Notes: generated by a model from the letters alone, not told the origin. 62,543 nt of DNA, filler included, from Hausera hauseri (GCA_046269625.1; 10 parts of 10 records of this genome joined end to end with filler, not necessarily neighbours in it), one strand, 5' to 3'; positions 23,916 through 36,185 are shown, counted from the whole stretch's first letter. Made by a program: numbers and translations.

Positions 23916-24857
23916 CTTGAATAACGGAATGAAACAGTATTATGGGCTTCAATTACGTGGAGATAATTTGTATCATTGTGATATGAGACAATACTCACAA
24001 AATAAATATCTATTGTTTACAATAAAAACGAACCTTTGATATAAATATGGATGCAATTTCATTTCACGTTTGTCTTATTTTAAAAATGTTTTTGGAAAAC
24101 AATTCAGCAGGTGACAGTTCTGTGAGTCTCTCAAAAAAGCCAAGGTACAGCGAATATTCGCTCAGAAATTCCCGGTTGTATAATTGATAAAACTTACATT
24201 ATCTGCGCAACGCTACTCAGTTGCCATTGACGCAAACGGTCAAAACCAAACCGATAAAATATGGTCTATTGCTGAACAAGATCAGTGACGATGATTTGGA
24301 TACAATGGGAGACAAAATTAAAAAAGTTGACAGTGATTTGGTGTTGAGTAACGATATCAGAGATACATCGTCGACTTTTCTCAAGAGAAATATGGCGAAA
24401 ATTGTCAGTTCACATGGTGGAGAAACAGCAGCAGCAACAAAAGCAGTTTAGCTACCAGAAGGAACTAAAAACTACCTGACACTGAAGCTCAAATGATTCA
24501 ATGAAAGGAGCAACGTCAAATCCCCAGTATGGAAAATGGGGAAGTTTACTATGATTTAACTGACTTACTTTGTATGTTTTTGTGATTTTAGTCTTTCTCT
24601 GATAAACAAATAAATGTATTCGTATTACATATTTTGTTTTCTCGTACAAAGTTATTGTTTTACTTTTACTTCTATCTTACTTAACAATAATAGTTCAAGT
24701 AAGGAACCAAAAACAAAGTACAAGATACACTGAGCAAAGAACATTATTAACATTGAAATAAAACGATATACAAAGGAGAATTGTCAATAATTGTCACAAT
24801 ATCCAGATCAAATTGAATTGCCTGTATCTGATCTGATCTAACACCACGGAACGTGTT

Positions 24858-27800
24858 TTATTTCAACATCCAATGTCCATAAACCCAACTCTTATTTTGC
24901 CCCACCCACTTTCACTAATCATCGGTAAATGACAAAGCGATTTTCGCACTGGTTATTGTATACAGCTGGTGCTCAATTAATCGGATGATCGTTTGAGACA
25001 CAACAGCCACTGATTGTCTTTTTTCTGATGCCGCTGCTGCTCCTACTGTTTCATATATACGGCGATAATCACCGTCTGTTTCAGTTGGACTCCTTTTGCC
25101 CGCACTTTCGGTCTACAATCCGTCAGAAGACTGTAGCACTTTTGGAGTAGGAATATCCATTCCCGATACCGGACACAACCTTCACTTTCACCTTTGAAAC
25201 AGCCGATTTTATTGGTGATTGCGCTGCTGTACAATGGATGATCCGGTAGGTAGTTGAACGTGTCCAGTAATCCATCTGACTGCATTTGCTGCAGTAGCTG
25301 TTCGCAATTGACGTTTTTCAGTCGCACCAAAGAAGTATCTGTCAACGGCAATTATGTCAATATTGCAGCCGTCAAGCATTTGCCAGTAACGCATGAAGTC
25401 GCGATACTGCAGCTCATACATCCGCAACTTTTTCAGGTCTAATATCACTTGTCCGATGTAACTTAGCCGGTCCCGAATGACTTCTTCTCTGTTTAACATC
25501 AGGGAAACCAATCCATCGTCAATGTTTATTGACCGTCGAAACTGTGCCTTGCTGGTATATGTAATCAGCAGCTTTTTCGAGTTAAATAGGCGCATATTGC
25601 GCCGCTTTTTCAGATTTTCCACTGTTTTTCTGTATAGGGAATTGTTTTCCAGCTTGTAGTAGTCTTTTTCGAACTTTGTACAAGATGCGGCTCGTTTCTC
25701 CGAATTTTCATCTATGTACGCCTTGAATACGGAAGCCTGAGCAAATCAAATTGCACGATGCAGATGTGCGACCCGTACACCGAACTGCATGTAAAACTGT
25801 AGCAGACACCAATGGACCACGTAATTCAACTTTGGTTCATGCGTCATGAGCAGTTTCTTCACTTTTGAGCCTGGCGGACATTGATTAAGTGGTGCGACCG
25901 GTAAATCGTCCAAAACGTCATGCAGCTCACCTGGTATCTCGAGACCGACCTCCATCAGGTATCCGACTGAGCCTGCTATGTTCGCTCGTGGTAACTTTAG
26001 CATTATGTCATCCAGATCTTGTCTGTCGACTACATATTCAAATGAACCGTACCGCAAGGGTTTTGAAAGCGCCCAGCCGTACAGGTTATTAATATCAATA
26101 TACAGCAGTGATGTGGTATCGGCGGTAGCACTGATTTGATGCTTGTTGACAAATGTAACGCCGCCTCGAATACCAACATCAAACATCCGGTACATTTCTG
26201 GGTCTTGCAGCAGCTCAATGTCTCGATTCAGTGACATTAGAGCTGATTCCCAACTCATTCCCGGTATAAAATAAAAGTTGAATGGCTTCAACTTATCTTC
26301 CGCCAGCGCTTTGGTCCGAAATGCTTGGAACACGTCGGCTAATAAGTACACATCCAGTTTAAGATACTGGAGCATGTAATCCAACATGTTTCTACAGCCC
26401 AGTTGTGTCCAAGATTCTTGGGCTTTCTGATGTTGATCTTCTGCGATACCTGTCCATGGCGGCGGTAATCTTCTGCTGTCCGGAGTCGCTCATACGATGT
26501 TGCAAAGTCATATGGAAATATGCCTTTGCTGCATGCAATATATGCAGAGAACTGCGTCAGTGCGATCGGCACATCTGGCAAGGCATTTACCAGCTTTGCC
26601 AATGATTCATTGAGAAATTGCAATGAATCAAGTAAGCGTACCTGGAATTGGTTTGCTCGTGTCGACAGCGATAGGTATTTCTCTATTGTCGTTGGGATTA
26701 TGGACAGTTCCTAGTGCGGTAACCCATTAATGGCCCTTTTGAGAATATAATGACAGTCATAACCTCGGAAATTATGAAAGATCAATGGCAGGAATGGTCT
26801 CACTCGCCTTGCTAAATTGCATGAATTGCAAGCTGCTCCCAAGTGTCGACCGAAGAAATGGTCATGATCCAGTACGAACCATCCCGGTACATCAAATTGT
26901 ATTATTTTGTGGCACAGATAGCATTCATCGGTGATAGCGAAAAACAACGGTTGATATTCGTCTGCCCAAATCAATGGCTTATTGCAATTGTTGCGATACC
27001 ACGGCGCGATTTCCGTTTCCACTATGATTTCCAACTTCTGCAGGAAATCACGTACATAGTTCCAACCATGGAAAACGTAATTTTACGGTTATTGGTACTA
27101 GCAACATACCGACGGCAATTGAAACGTGCTTTTGATTATATACATTGTGTCGTGGTAGAATTGCTTCGATATTGGCATACACCATATATGCCAGACTGTC
27201 CGTTTTAGACCAGTCACTGAATCTGAGCTTCTTTTTGACAAGCATGACATACATTGTTGTCCCTGATGCGTTTTGCCTGCATAGCGTAACATGTTTCTCC
27301 CACGTTGTTTTCCATTTCAATCCATGCAGGCATACAGGACACTATTTGTATCGTATTCGCTTTTTGATGAAGTGGTCATGCTGCATGTTCAACAGCCTAT
27401 CCAGATTTATCACTGCCACGTAATGAAAATTTTCGGCCTGCTCCAACAGTAACAAATTTACCGAGCGTCAATTTGGGTTCTGACTACGATAAATTATGTC
27501 CACATGGTGGTTCTTATAAATTTCTTTGTCTTCGGGTATTTCAACTATTGTGTTGTACCGGTAAACGTTGATTGAGAGGGCCAGATTACGCCGTTCAAAA
27601 GCCTGAATGGTTTCCAGTTTCATCGGAATCCAGCATTCACCAAATTGCAATTCGAAAAAATACTGCCGATACTGATTTGGACAATTTGCATGATATCTGT
27701 TCACTTCTCTGTACTTCAATACAGCCAGAATACTGTAGAGAAACAGTATTCGTCGTCGTCATCAGTATTTTGTACATTCACTATCGCCAGAGACTGCTTT

Positions 27801-28100
27801 AGAGGTGCAGGTGCAGGTATGAATGACCGGCTCCTGCAAATATGCCACGTCACTCGACTTTGTTATGATAAAGCGGAGTGTGACAGTTCGTATACTTCAC
27901 CATCCGCTATCCTTTTCGGTATAGTTGGCGATTTTTTCATCCAACTTTTCGCTTACATCGGTAATAAAATCTTCCTAATACTGTACGGCTCAATGTGACA
28001 GGTACCATTGTTTACTGTAACTTTCAACGTTTTCAAATTCTGCAAGTGCATAATATTGCACTTTGCAGTTGTTTAGTTTGAATTTCTCCACCTATAATTC
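24858..28100 (-). pseudogene. polB: Protein-primed family B DNA polymerase with endonuclease VII-like domain, copy 2, decayed
   Basis: YANIEAIL (ExoI), DHDHFFGRHLGAACNSCNL, FHNFRGYDCH, YLKLDVYLLADVF, IRGGVTFV, YIDINNLYGWALS, YYKLENNSLYRKT (motif B), KIGCFKGE, KVRAKGV, VYGHWMLK*. Confidence 0.92.
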
Positions 28101-28244
28101 CAACCGGCTGCGCACACTGGATGGAACATGCCTCAGCTCTAGTGTTGTTGTCCCCGACATGTTTACATTCACATCCACATACGATTTGTTTAGATCGTAC
28201 TTGACAGTAATGGAAGGTTTCTGCTGTTGCATTTGTTCCTGATG

Positions 28245-28766
28245 CTACTGCTGTTCGGTACTGTTTTGGATTAAGTCGTCAAGACTTATTGATGTATGAC
28301 GTTTTCTACTTGTTGAGGAGATACTGGTTTTTCTTGTCGCCACTAATATTTCCTTTTTGGACCTCCAAAACTGGTTTAACTGGTCCTTGTACAGGTTGTA
28401 AAATTGTTCATAGTTGATTTCATCAACTACAGAACAACCATGACAAACGTAGGCCAATTTACCATGCACCGCTGTGGCGTCATAGTACTGCTCTATTACA
28501 CAATGGCAACCATCAACGTCATGCACTCTACTACTACTACTGCTACAGTATGGCGGCTATTTGGGGCAATGCACAACCATCATCTTCTTTGCACGCGTAA
28601 ACGGGCCAAGATGATGCTTGTGCATCGCATGAAAGTCGGGGTATGGACAAGGGGCCAAAATACTACCGCATGTTGAGCGAAAATATAAGTCCGTGCCAAC
28701 GGAGTAATATTTAGCCATCTGCTGATGGCACTGCTGCTCCACATGTACGCGCGATACGCAATACAT
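28245..28766 (-). pseudogene. Cys/His-rich ORF upstream of PolB, copy 2
   Basis: MYCVSRVHVEQQCHQQMAKYY..HKHHLGPFTRAKKMM / HDVDGCHCVIEQYYDAT; homolog of 18890-19368. Confidence 0.55.
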
Positions 28767-28948
28767 GGGATATTGCTTACATTTCTAAATTTAAACAAAT
28801 TAACATTTAAAATAGATTAAAATTATAAATAAAATAAATTAAAATACATAAACTCGTAAAATTAAACATTAAGCATAATCCCAATTGCCTTACTCTGTTA
28901 AAAATGTTTGTTCCCCATGCTTCTACTATTATTACTACTACCAATCAA

Positions 28949-29218
28949 ATGGAACAGTACATTGAAAGTGAGAATCATAAACTGACCGATAATATTTTGA
29001 CCCGGCATGTGTTTGATGTTCAGTATTTATATGAACTCACAAAAACGAGAGTAATGATCAGGCGAAAATATATTGAATTAATAGTCAGATCTCTCTTCGT
29101 AAAACGTATCGAGGATGGAATGAGACGAAAAATACAATGACGTATTAATTTCCTCATTGGACTTGTATTTACTGCTTAGATTCGTATTGTAATGAAAAAG
29201 TTAATTGACCGTATTTAA
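28949..29218 (+). pseudogene. Small ORF with C-terminal hydrophobic segment, copy 2
   Basis: MEQYIESENHKLT...KIQ*RINFLIGLVFTA; the stop corresponds to CGA in copy 1. Confidence 0.5.
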
Positions 29219-29342
29219 CCACATTTGCATTATATTTATATAATTTTTCTACGTGTTTGTTTTTATGTATTAATGCAATTTATTTTGCATTCAAGCTACA
29301 TTGCAGTATAAATATTTGTGCTGTTTCCTATAAGATTATACA

Positions 29343-29583
29343 ATGTCTCACTTGATACAACTCATTGGTTTATACCACTCATTCGACGCTCTCAGAAACC
29401 ACCTGTACAATCTCGATCGGCCCTTGGACAATGTTTGGTATTTGTCTCCTAAAGAGCTACTCCTACTTGCTGAGCAGAATTGGAGAAAACGGAAACCCAA
29501 CTTACGCCATATGAAGCAGGTTGCTGGTGATATGGAATTTTTATTCTGTAAGATTTTTCGCACATATGGAAAAATGGCTGATT
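29343..29583 (+). CDS. Hypothetical protein of the Polinton-like locus, copy 2 (truncated by contig end)
   Basis: Homolog of ORF 19870; preceded by the conserved TATA box. Confidence 0.55.
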
Positions 29584-29683
29584 NNNNNNNNNNNNNNNNN
29601 NNNNNNNNNNNNNNNNNNNNNNNNNNNTTAATTAATTAANNNNNNNNNNNNNNNNNNNNNNNNNNNNNNNNNNNNNNNNNNNN

Positions 29684-29751
29684 GTTGATTCACTAATCAA
29701 AAATTCAGTTGGGGGGTTTAATCAGAATTCACAGAGATTAAATTCCCCACA
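29684..29751 (+). repeat. 3' end of the 5' LTR of the BEL/Pao element
   Basis: gttgattcactaatcaa..cagagattaaattccccaca, repeated at 36808-36874. Confidence 0.92.
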
Positions 29752-30089
29752 TCTTTCTAAAGAAGTTCCATTAATCTAGTTATTGACTTCCTATCTTTCT
29801 TAAGTTAGTTACCTTATTTATTGATTTGCTATATTTCTAAAGAAATTTATTGTAATTAATAATTTGCTATCTTCCAAAATTCATTCTATATCAATTTGTT
29901 AGTATTCTAAAATGTTGCATTGGAATACCTAAAATCAAAATTGCTATAAATTTTCCTGAAGTAAATTTTAGTATTTTTCATATTTGAAAATTGATAAATA
30001 AATTTAATTAATTAAAATTTGATTATTTTGGTTTACTTCCAAAGTAGTTTGGAGTTGGTTTTTGATAGATTGATTGTAAATCTGCTTGA

Positions 30090-33000
30090 TTGAATTTGAT
30101 ATTAATGATGTTTGATGAAGATTTAGTTGAGAGTAGAACTGCTAACAAGCAGAACTTTATAGATAGAGATGAAATTGTGTTTAAGATGCAACACCTTTTT
30201 GAATTATTAAAAGTTCCCAGGAAGGTTTCCTATATAAAGGAAAAGGTGATTGAATTAAAAAACTTGTTAAAGAGTCTTGATAAGGTAGATAAGGCCATTC
30301 TTAACAATATTTCCAAATTTGAGTCCTTAAATGGTCACCATGCAGAAGAATTTAAGAGATTGTATAAACAGAGATGTGAACTAGACATAGGGATTCATGA
30401 AATACCTGATAGGCCAGTAGAAGCCCCTGAGAATGACAGTATTTCTGTGTCAGAGGAGTCTGTAGTTGGCTGTCCTAATTCTAGTGTGACTAAGGCAGAC
30501 TCTAGTAGTGCCCATAGTGTTAGGATTGATAGTAGTGTTGCACCAGGTAGAAACATAGAGCCATTAGATATTGGCAAATTCTATGGAGGTGGCAATGATG
30601 AGTTGGCTTTCTCAAGGTTTTTCCATAAATTTTTAGCAGTAATTGGAAATAACTCTGAATATAGCGATGAAAGAAAATTTCTTTATTTAGAGTCACATCT
30701 GGGAGGAGAGGCTCTTCGGTTAATAAGACATTTGAGCTTAAAAGACAAAAATTATGAATCTGCGGTGAAACTTCTTAAAGCTGAATACATGAATGAAGAG
30801 GTGGTAATTGACAAAATATTGAGTAGAATTGTGATGTCTACTCCTCCTCCTGATAATGATCTTGCCAAATTGAAAGGGTTTGTAAATGAAATACAAGCAT
30901 TGGTATATGATCTGATGAGTTACAATTTAAATTTCTTGGAGCCTAAAACCCCTGGGTTCTATTTGCTTAGTTCCATTGTAAGGAAGAAACTTCCATCCAA
31001 ATTTCGTACTGCATTAATTGATAAATCTTCATCTAATTTCCCAAATATTGTACACTTGTTTGAGCATTCTAGTAGTTTGTTGCGAAGGTTAAAAGAGAGT
31101 ACTGATATTCCGCTCAATCTTGAAAACACTACTGCAATTTCTGGTAAAAAAAATGGTAGGCATAAGTTCAGTAATTTGCATAATAAAGGTCCCTTAAGCA
31201 GAGAGAATAGTCAGGAAAAGTATGTCAAGAATTCACAAAAAAGCATGAGTACTTTAGAAAACTTTAAAATTATTGCAAACTCTTCTGAACAAAATGTTCA
31301 GAGTGGTAGACAAGGCAACCAGTATCCAAAGCCTTGCAAATTCTGTGGTATAGGCAATCACTCGATGAATAAATGTGATCAATATGTTGATATTACAGCT
31401 AGGTTAGCTCGCTGTGAGGAGTTGAATATATGCCAACTCTGTTCGAGTTCTAGGCATTTAGCAGAGAGTTGTCCTGGGAGAGAGGGCAAGTTAGATTTTA
31501 AATGTAACCGCTGTGGTCTTTTTAATCATATCACAGCACTATGTAATAAACCTAAAAATGGAAATAATAATCAAACTTTTTCTAATCTTTGCATAAATTT
31601 TAGTAAAGCTAATGGTAGGTCTTATTTACTCCCTGTAATGACATTGACTTTGATGAGAGGAGGAAAAAGGTTCAATTGTAGGGCATTAATTGATACTGGG
31701 TCACAGCGCTCATATATTAGTAGTAATGTTGCTATGAAATTTTTAAATTTAGATGCACTGAAAGAGGAAACTTATAAAATCAATAGTTTTATAGCTGCTC
31801 AGGAAAAGAAATTTAAATTAGCTTCCTTTGATATGGTTCTTTTCAACAAATGCATACAAAGTCCTTTGTTAATTGATGAAACCTTTAAAATAAACTTTAA
31901 TATTGAGGGTATGAATTTTGCTTTAAAAAATTTACTAGAATTAGGATATACATTGGCAGATGTTGATTTTAATATTAATAGGGATAATTCTTCCTTTGAA
32001 TTAGATGCATTAATAGGTGTTGACCTCATTCAGTTTCTCCCTTCCTTTGTATTAGAGAGGTGTATGAATGGATTTTGCTTCCGAATTGAGAATGCTATTA
32101 TACCTTTTGGTTGCATTGAACACTTTATAAATAAAAGTCAAAGGGATTTGCTCAAATCTCATAGCTGTATTGAATCTAGTGTTCCCCTTGACAATAATAT
32201 GCACACTGTATTAGTTAATAATATACTTGAACCAGTAAAGTCTTATTTTAATCCTTTGCATAGTATTCTTGAAGATAGCGCAGTTGAACAAGGATTAGAT
32301 AACCTTTTTACTTTAGAGAGTTTAGGTATTAAAAATAATGATGAGGAACTTTGTAAATCTGATTTTCTTCAAGTTAACAAATTTAATGCTGGTATTGTGT
32401 TTAAAGATAATCAATATTTTGTAAAACTACCATGGAATGACAAAGTGGAAATGGTTCCGTCCAATCATGTGGTAGCACTTAAAGCCCTTGATAGGGTAAT
32501 CAATAATTTAAACAATAAAAATTTATTGGCTGAGTATGGTAAAGTGTTTGAACAACAGTTGGAAGATGGTATCATTGAAAAGGTTGAAATAAATCCTAAA
32601 GATTATCATAAAATGGTATTTATACCTCACAGGCCTGTCATAAAAATTGATGCCCAAACTACTACAAAGATTAGACCTGTTTTTAACTGTTCTCTTAAAA
32701 CCAGAAAGCATTTGCCCTCCTTAAACGAGGCAGCATATCCTGGTGTTGATTTGATGACTTCATTGTTGAAATTAATTTTGAACTTTAGATGTAACGATTA
32801 CATTATACTTGCAGATGTAAAACAGGCTTTTCTTGCTATTAAATTATTATCTGATGAAGACAAAAATAAATTTTGCTTCTTCTGGAAACAAAATGGGAAA
32901 TTAATTACTTATAGGTACTCTTCTCTTGTTTTTGGGTTTGTGAGTTCTCCTTTTATATTGAATTATGTGATGAAACACCATGCTTCAAAATATCCCAATG

Positions 33001-35807
33001 ATCTTTGTACTCAGTTGCTATCTAATAATTTCTATGTAGATAATCTTATTTACTCATCTAATGACCCTGGTGAGTTAGAATACTTATATAAAGAGGCTTG
33101 TAATAGAATGAGTGAAGCTTCTTTTATTCTGCGTAGTTGGAATTCTAATTTACCTGAGTTAGTTGATACTTTTAAAAATGATGGTCGACATGCTGAGCAT
33201 GGTTGTCCTGAGGAGAAGGTGTTAGGGTACAGATATCATCTACAGGATGATGTCATGAGTATTGCTCCTGTCGACATTGATTTACATGCAAATACCAAGA
33301 GAAAAATCCTTTCAGCTATTTCTAGTGTTTTTGATCCACTTGGCCTTGTATTGCCTATTACTGTAAAAGGTAAAATATTGATGCGAAGCATCTGGAGTCT
33401 AGTTCCCAAAGTAGGATGGGACACTCCCCTTGAGAAGGACATTATTGAGGTATGGAAAAAATTGGCAGTAAGTCTGTCTAAAGTTTCTGACTTGACATTT
33501 AAAAGGAATGTCCTTAGTAAAGATAAGAATTATGGTCTGCATGTTTTTTGTGATAGTTCCAAAACTTCTTATGGTTTTGTTGTATATGGTTGCTGTGACA
33601 ATAACAAACCTGAATTATTATTTTCTAAGGCAAAAATGGCACCTATAAGGGGTCTCAGTATACCAACTCTAGAATTAATGGCCGTCTTCTTAGCTCTGAA
33701 ATGTTTGCCCATGATTATAGAATCGTACGAAACCATAAAATTTGATTTTATAAATATTGCTGTAGATGCTCAGGTAGTTTTGTCATGGCTGTTGAATAAC
33801 AATCCTAGAGTAAAATCTAAGATCATAAGCAATAGGCTTAAGGATATTGATTTATTTAAGAAAGATCTTAAAACTAAGTTTAATTTGCCTGTGTCATTCA
33901 GGTATGTAGATACTGGGTCTAATCCTGCAGATCTTGTTACTAGAGGGGTTAGTTTTAATAAGTTTTTTGAAATGAGTTCTTTTTGGAATAATGGTCCTTC
34001 CTTTTTATCTAATGATTTGTCTTTGTGGCCAAGTTACCCATTGCTTAGTATTGCCCCAGATTGTAAAGCTATTAGCTTTGTAAATAACACTATTGTTGAA
34101 GGTATTGATAAAATTGATCTAATAAACATTGATAAATTTTCTAGGTTACATAAACTTATGAAAGTTACCATAAATGTATTTAAATATATAAATGCTTTGA
34201 GGAGGGTCAACAATGATCCTGCTAATTCTGCTTTAGCATATTTACTGAGAACTATGCAGGCACAGTGCTTCAAAGAAGAAATTGCTTTTTTGAGTGCTAA
34301 AGATAAGCCTGAGACAGTTCCCACTTTGGTGAAGAATTTAGATCTATTCCTTGATGAAAAGGGACTGTTGCGTTCTCATGGCAGAGTGTCCAAATGCCTG
34401 CAATTTGATTTTGATGTTTGCAACCCAATCTTGTTAGCTAAGTCGCACCATTTGACAAATCTATTTGTTATGGATGCTCACTCTGAGGTGCAACATCTGG
34501 GTATTCAAACAACTCTCAACTTAATTAGGAATAAGGGATTCTGGATACCCCAAGCTAGGCAAGCCATAAAAAATTTTTTGTCTTCCTGTATGCTATGTAG
34601 GAAGTATAACACACTGTGTTATAAGTATCCAAAGTTGACAAATTTGCCCAAGAATCAAATGAATTTTATAAAGCCTTTTCAACATGTGGGAATTGATTAT
34701 ACTGCTCATGTTTTTGTTAAAAATCCAGATGATGGAAGCCTGTCTAAAATGTATATATTGCTTTTTACTTGTTTGAATATTAGGGCCTTACATCTGGAAC
34801 TGGTCCCAGACATGAGCACTCAGAATTTTTTAATGGCCTTTCAAAGATTCTGTAATAGGTTCGGTTTACCATCTCACATTTATTCTGACAATGCTAGGTC
34901 ATTTGTAAAAGGAGGTGATATATTGAGTGAATCTTTGACTGCTCCTGAGTTTTGTGAACATCTCTCTAAATCTCATATTAAGCATATCAAGATACCAGTC
35001 TATGCAGCGTGGGTGGGGGGATGTTGGGAGCGTCTTGTAAGAACCGTGAAATCTTGCCTAAGAAAGGCTGTCGAGAGAAGTTCTGTTACTTATTTTGAAC
35101 TTTTGACTACCCTATCTAGCATCCAAAATGCTATAAACTCAAGGCCTTTAACATATAGGTGTTCTGAAAATGATTTGAATATCATCTCTCCAAATTCTTT
35201 CTTGAAATTACATGGGAACTCTTCCCTCATGCTTAGGGAGCCTGAGGAAGATTCATGGCGAGAAATTGACAGAGATGAGGTGTTGAAGACACTTGATAAA
35301 CAGTTAATAATGTTTGAAGAATTTAGGAGACTCTGGTATAATGAATATTTGCTCAGCTTGCGTGAACATAGTAAGAATTTATATCAGACTCCTTGGACCA
35401 ATCGTATAAAAATAGGTGATGTGGTACTGATAAAGTTACCTCACAAGTCTCGACCCTTTTGGATGTTGGCCAGGGTAATAGAGGTTATATTAGGCTATGA
35501 TAATATAATAAGGTCTGTGAGAGTGAAGCAAGCTAATGGTGAAGTAGTGCTTCATCCAATTTGCAACTTATATCCTTTGGAACTTTCTATAACGCATTCT
35601 GGTGCTAGGCAGGATGAGGAGAGACCCAAAACCTCAGAACAGGAGTCCAGATCTCTTGATAATGTCTCAAATCCTGTGCCAGCTCCTGATGCTGTTGATC
35701 AACTCAGTTCTCAAGTTGACCCTCCGGATGAGCCTGAAAGGAGACCTGTCAGGAGAGCAGCTAAAAATTTCAGGAAATTCCTGAGGGAGAACTTGGATGA
35801 TCTCTAA
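30090..35807 (+). CDS. gag-pol: BEL/Pao gag-pol polyprotein (1905 aa): DUF1759 gag, 3 Zn knuckles, protease, RT, RNase H, integrase, DUF5641
   Basis: SDERKFLYLESHLGGEA; CKFCGIGNHSMNKC / CQLCSSSRHLAESC / CNRCGLFNHITALC; RALIDTGSQRSYI; IPHRPV..TTKIRPVFN; FYVDN; FCDSS..SIPTLEL; NPADLVTRG; H..H..CMLC; IDY, SDNA, WERLV; FRRLWYNEYLLSLRE. First ATG at 30105. Confidence 0.97.
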   Translation: MNLILMMFDEDLVESRTANKQNFIDRDEIVFKMQHLFELLKVPRKVSYIKEKVIELKNLLKSLDKVDKAILNNISKFESLNGHHAEEFKRLYKQRCELDIGIHEIPDRPVEAPENDSISVSEESVVGCPNSSVTKADSSSAHSVRIDSSVAPGRNIEPLDIGKFYGGGNDELAFSRFFHKFLAVIGNNSEYSDERKFLYLESHLGGEALRLIRHLSLKDKNYESAVKLLKAEYMNEEVVIDKILSRIVMSTPPPDNDLAKLKGFVNEIQALVYDLMSYNLNFLEPKTPGFYLLSSIVRKKLPSKFRTALIDKSSSNFPNIVHLFEHSSSLLRRLKESTDIPLNLENTTAISGKKNGRHKFSNLHNKGPLSRENSQEKYVKNSQKSMSTLENFKIIANSSEQNVQSGRQGNQYPKPCKFCGIGNHSMNKCDQYVDITARLARCEELNICQLCSSSRHLAESCPGREGKLDFKCNRCGLFNHITALCNKPKNGNNNQTFSNLCINFSKANGRSYLLPVMTLTLMRGGKRFNCRALIDTGSQRSYISSNVAMKFLNLDALKEETYKINSFIAAQEKKFKLASFDMVLFNKCIQSPLLIDETFKINFNIEGMNFALKNLLELGYTLADVDFNINRDNSSFELDALIGVDLIQFLPSFVLERCMNGFCFRIENAIIPFGCIEHFINKSQRDLLKSHSCIESSVPLDNNMHTVLVNNILEPVKSYFNPLHSILEDSAVEQGLDNLFTLESLGIKNNDEELCKSDFLQVNKFNAGIVFKDNQYFVKLPWNDKVEMVPSNHVVALKALDRVINNLNNKNLLAEYGKVFEQQLEDGIIEKVEINPKDYHKMVFIPHRPVIKIDAQTTTKIRPVFNCSLKTRKHLPSLNEAAYPGVDLMTSLLKLILNFRCNDYIILADVKQAFLAIKLLSDEDKNKFCFFWKQNGKLITYRYSSLVFGFVSSPFILNYVMKHHASKYPNDLCTQLLSNNFYVDNLIYSSNDPGELEYLYKEACNRMSEASFILRSWNSNLPELVDTFKNDGRHAEHGCPEEKVLGYRYHLQDDVMSIAPVDIDLHANTKRKILSAISSVFDPLGLVLPITVKGKILMRSIWSLVPKVGWDTPLEKDIIEVWKKLAVSLSKVSDLTFKRNVLSKDKNYGLHVFCDSSKTSYGFVVYGCCDNNKPELLFSKAKMAPIRGLSIPTLELMAVFLALKCLPMIIESYETIKFDFINIAVDAQVVLSWLLNNNPRVKSKIISNRLKDIDLFKKDLKTKFNLPVSFRYVDTGSNPADLVTRGVSFNKFFEMSSFWNNGPSFLSNDLSLWPSYPLLSIAPDCKAISFVNNTIVEGIDKIDLINIDKFSRLHKLMKVTINVFKYINALRRVNNDPANSALAYLLRTMQAQCFKEEIAFLSAKDKPETVPTLVKNLDLFLDEKGLLRSHGRVSKCLQFDFDVCNPILLAKSHHLTNLFVMDAHSEVQHLGIQTTLNLIRNKGFWIPQARQAIKNFLSSCMLCRKYNTLCYKYPKLTNLPKNQMNFIKPFQHVGIDYTAHVFVKNPDDGSLSKMYILLFTCLNIRALHLELVPDMSTQNFLMAFQRFCNRFGLPSHIYSDNARSFVKGGDILSESLTAPEFCEHLSKSHIKHIKIPVYAAWVGGCWERLVRTVKSCLRKAVERSSVTYFELLTTLSSIQNAINSRPLTYRCSENDLNIISPNSFLKLHGNSSLMLREPEEDSWREIDRDEVLKTLDKQLIMFEEFRRLWYNEYLLSLREHSKNLYQTPWTNRIKIGDVVLIKLPHKSRPFWMLARVIEVILGYDNIIRSVRVKQANGEVVLHPICNLYPLELSITHSGARQDEERPKTSEQESRSLDNVSNPVPAPDAVDQLSSQVDPPDEPERRPVRRAAKNFRKFLRENLDDL

Positions 35808-36177
35808 ATATTCTACCCTTACTTACTTTAATTTTAAGGTATTAGATTTAGGTATTTAGACATTAGGTTATTGATATTAAGATTATTATTTATTTAATTT
35901 AAAAATTGCCTTTACTGAACTATTGTCTTGGCAAGCTTTACTTTACCTGTCTATATTTATGAATTTTAGTTAAGAATTTGACCTTTGGTATTTTAATATT
36001 TGTGTATGATTCTGCAACTGTTTAATATTTGAAATAAGAATATTTCATGCCTTGTTTCTGAGTCATACATTAAGTGAGAGTGTAACAGGTATGGTAGGGT
36101 GTAATTGTGGTATCTAAGGTGAATGATTCTATATGCCTCTGGTTGTATGAAGTTAGAAATCTAACTCCATTCTGCTT

Positions 36178-36185
36178 AGGGAGGA
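36178..36185 (+). promoter_or_regulatory. Polypurine tract of the BEL/Pao element
   Basis: AGGGAGGA immediately before the LTR-initial TGTTGG. Confidence 0.8.
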
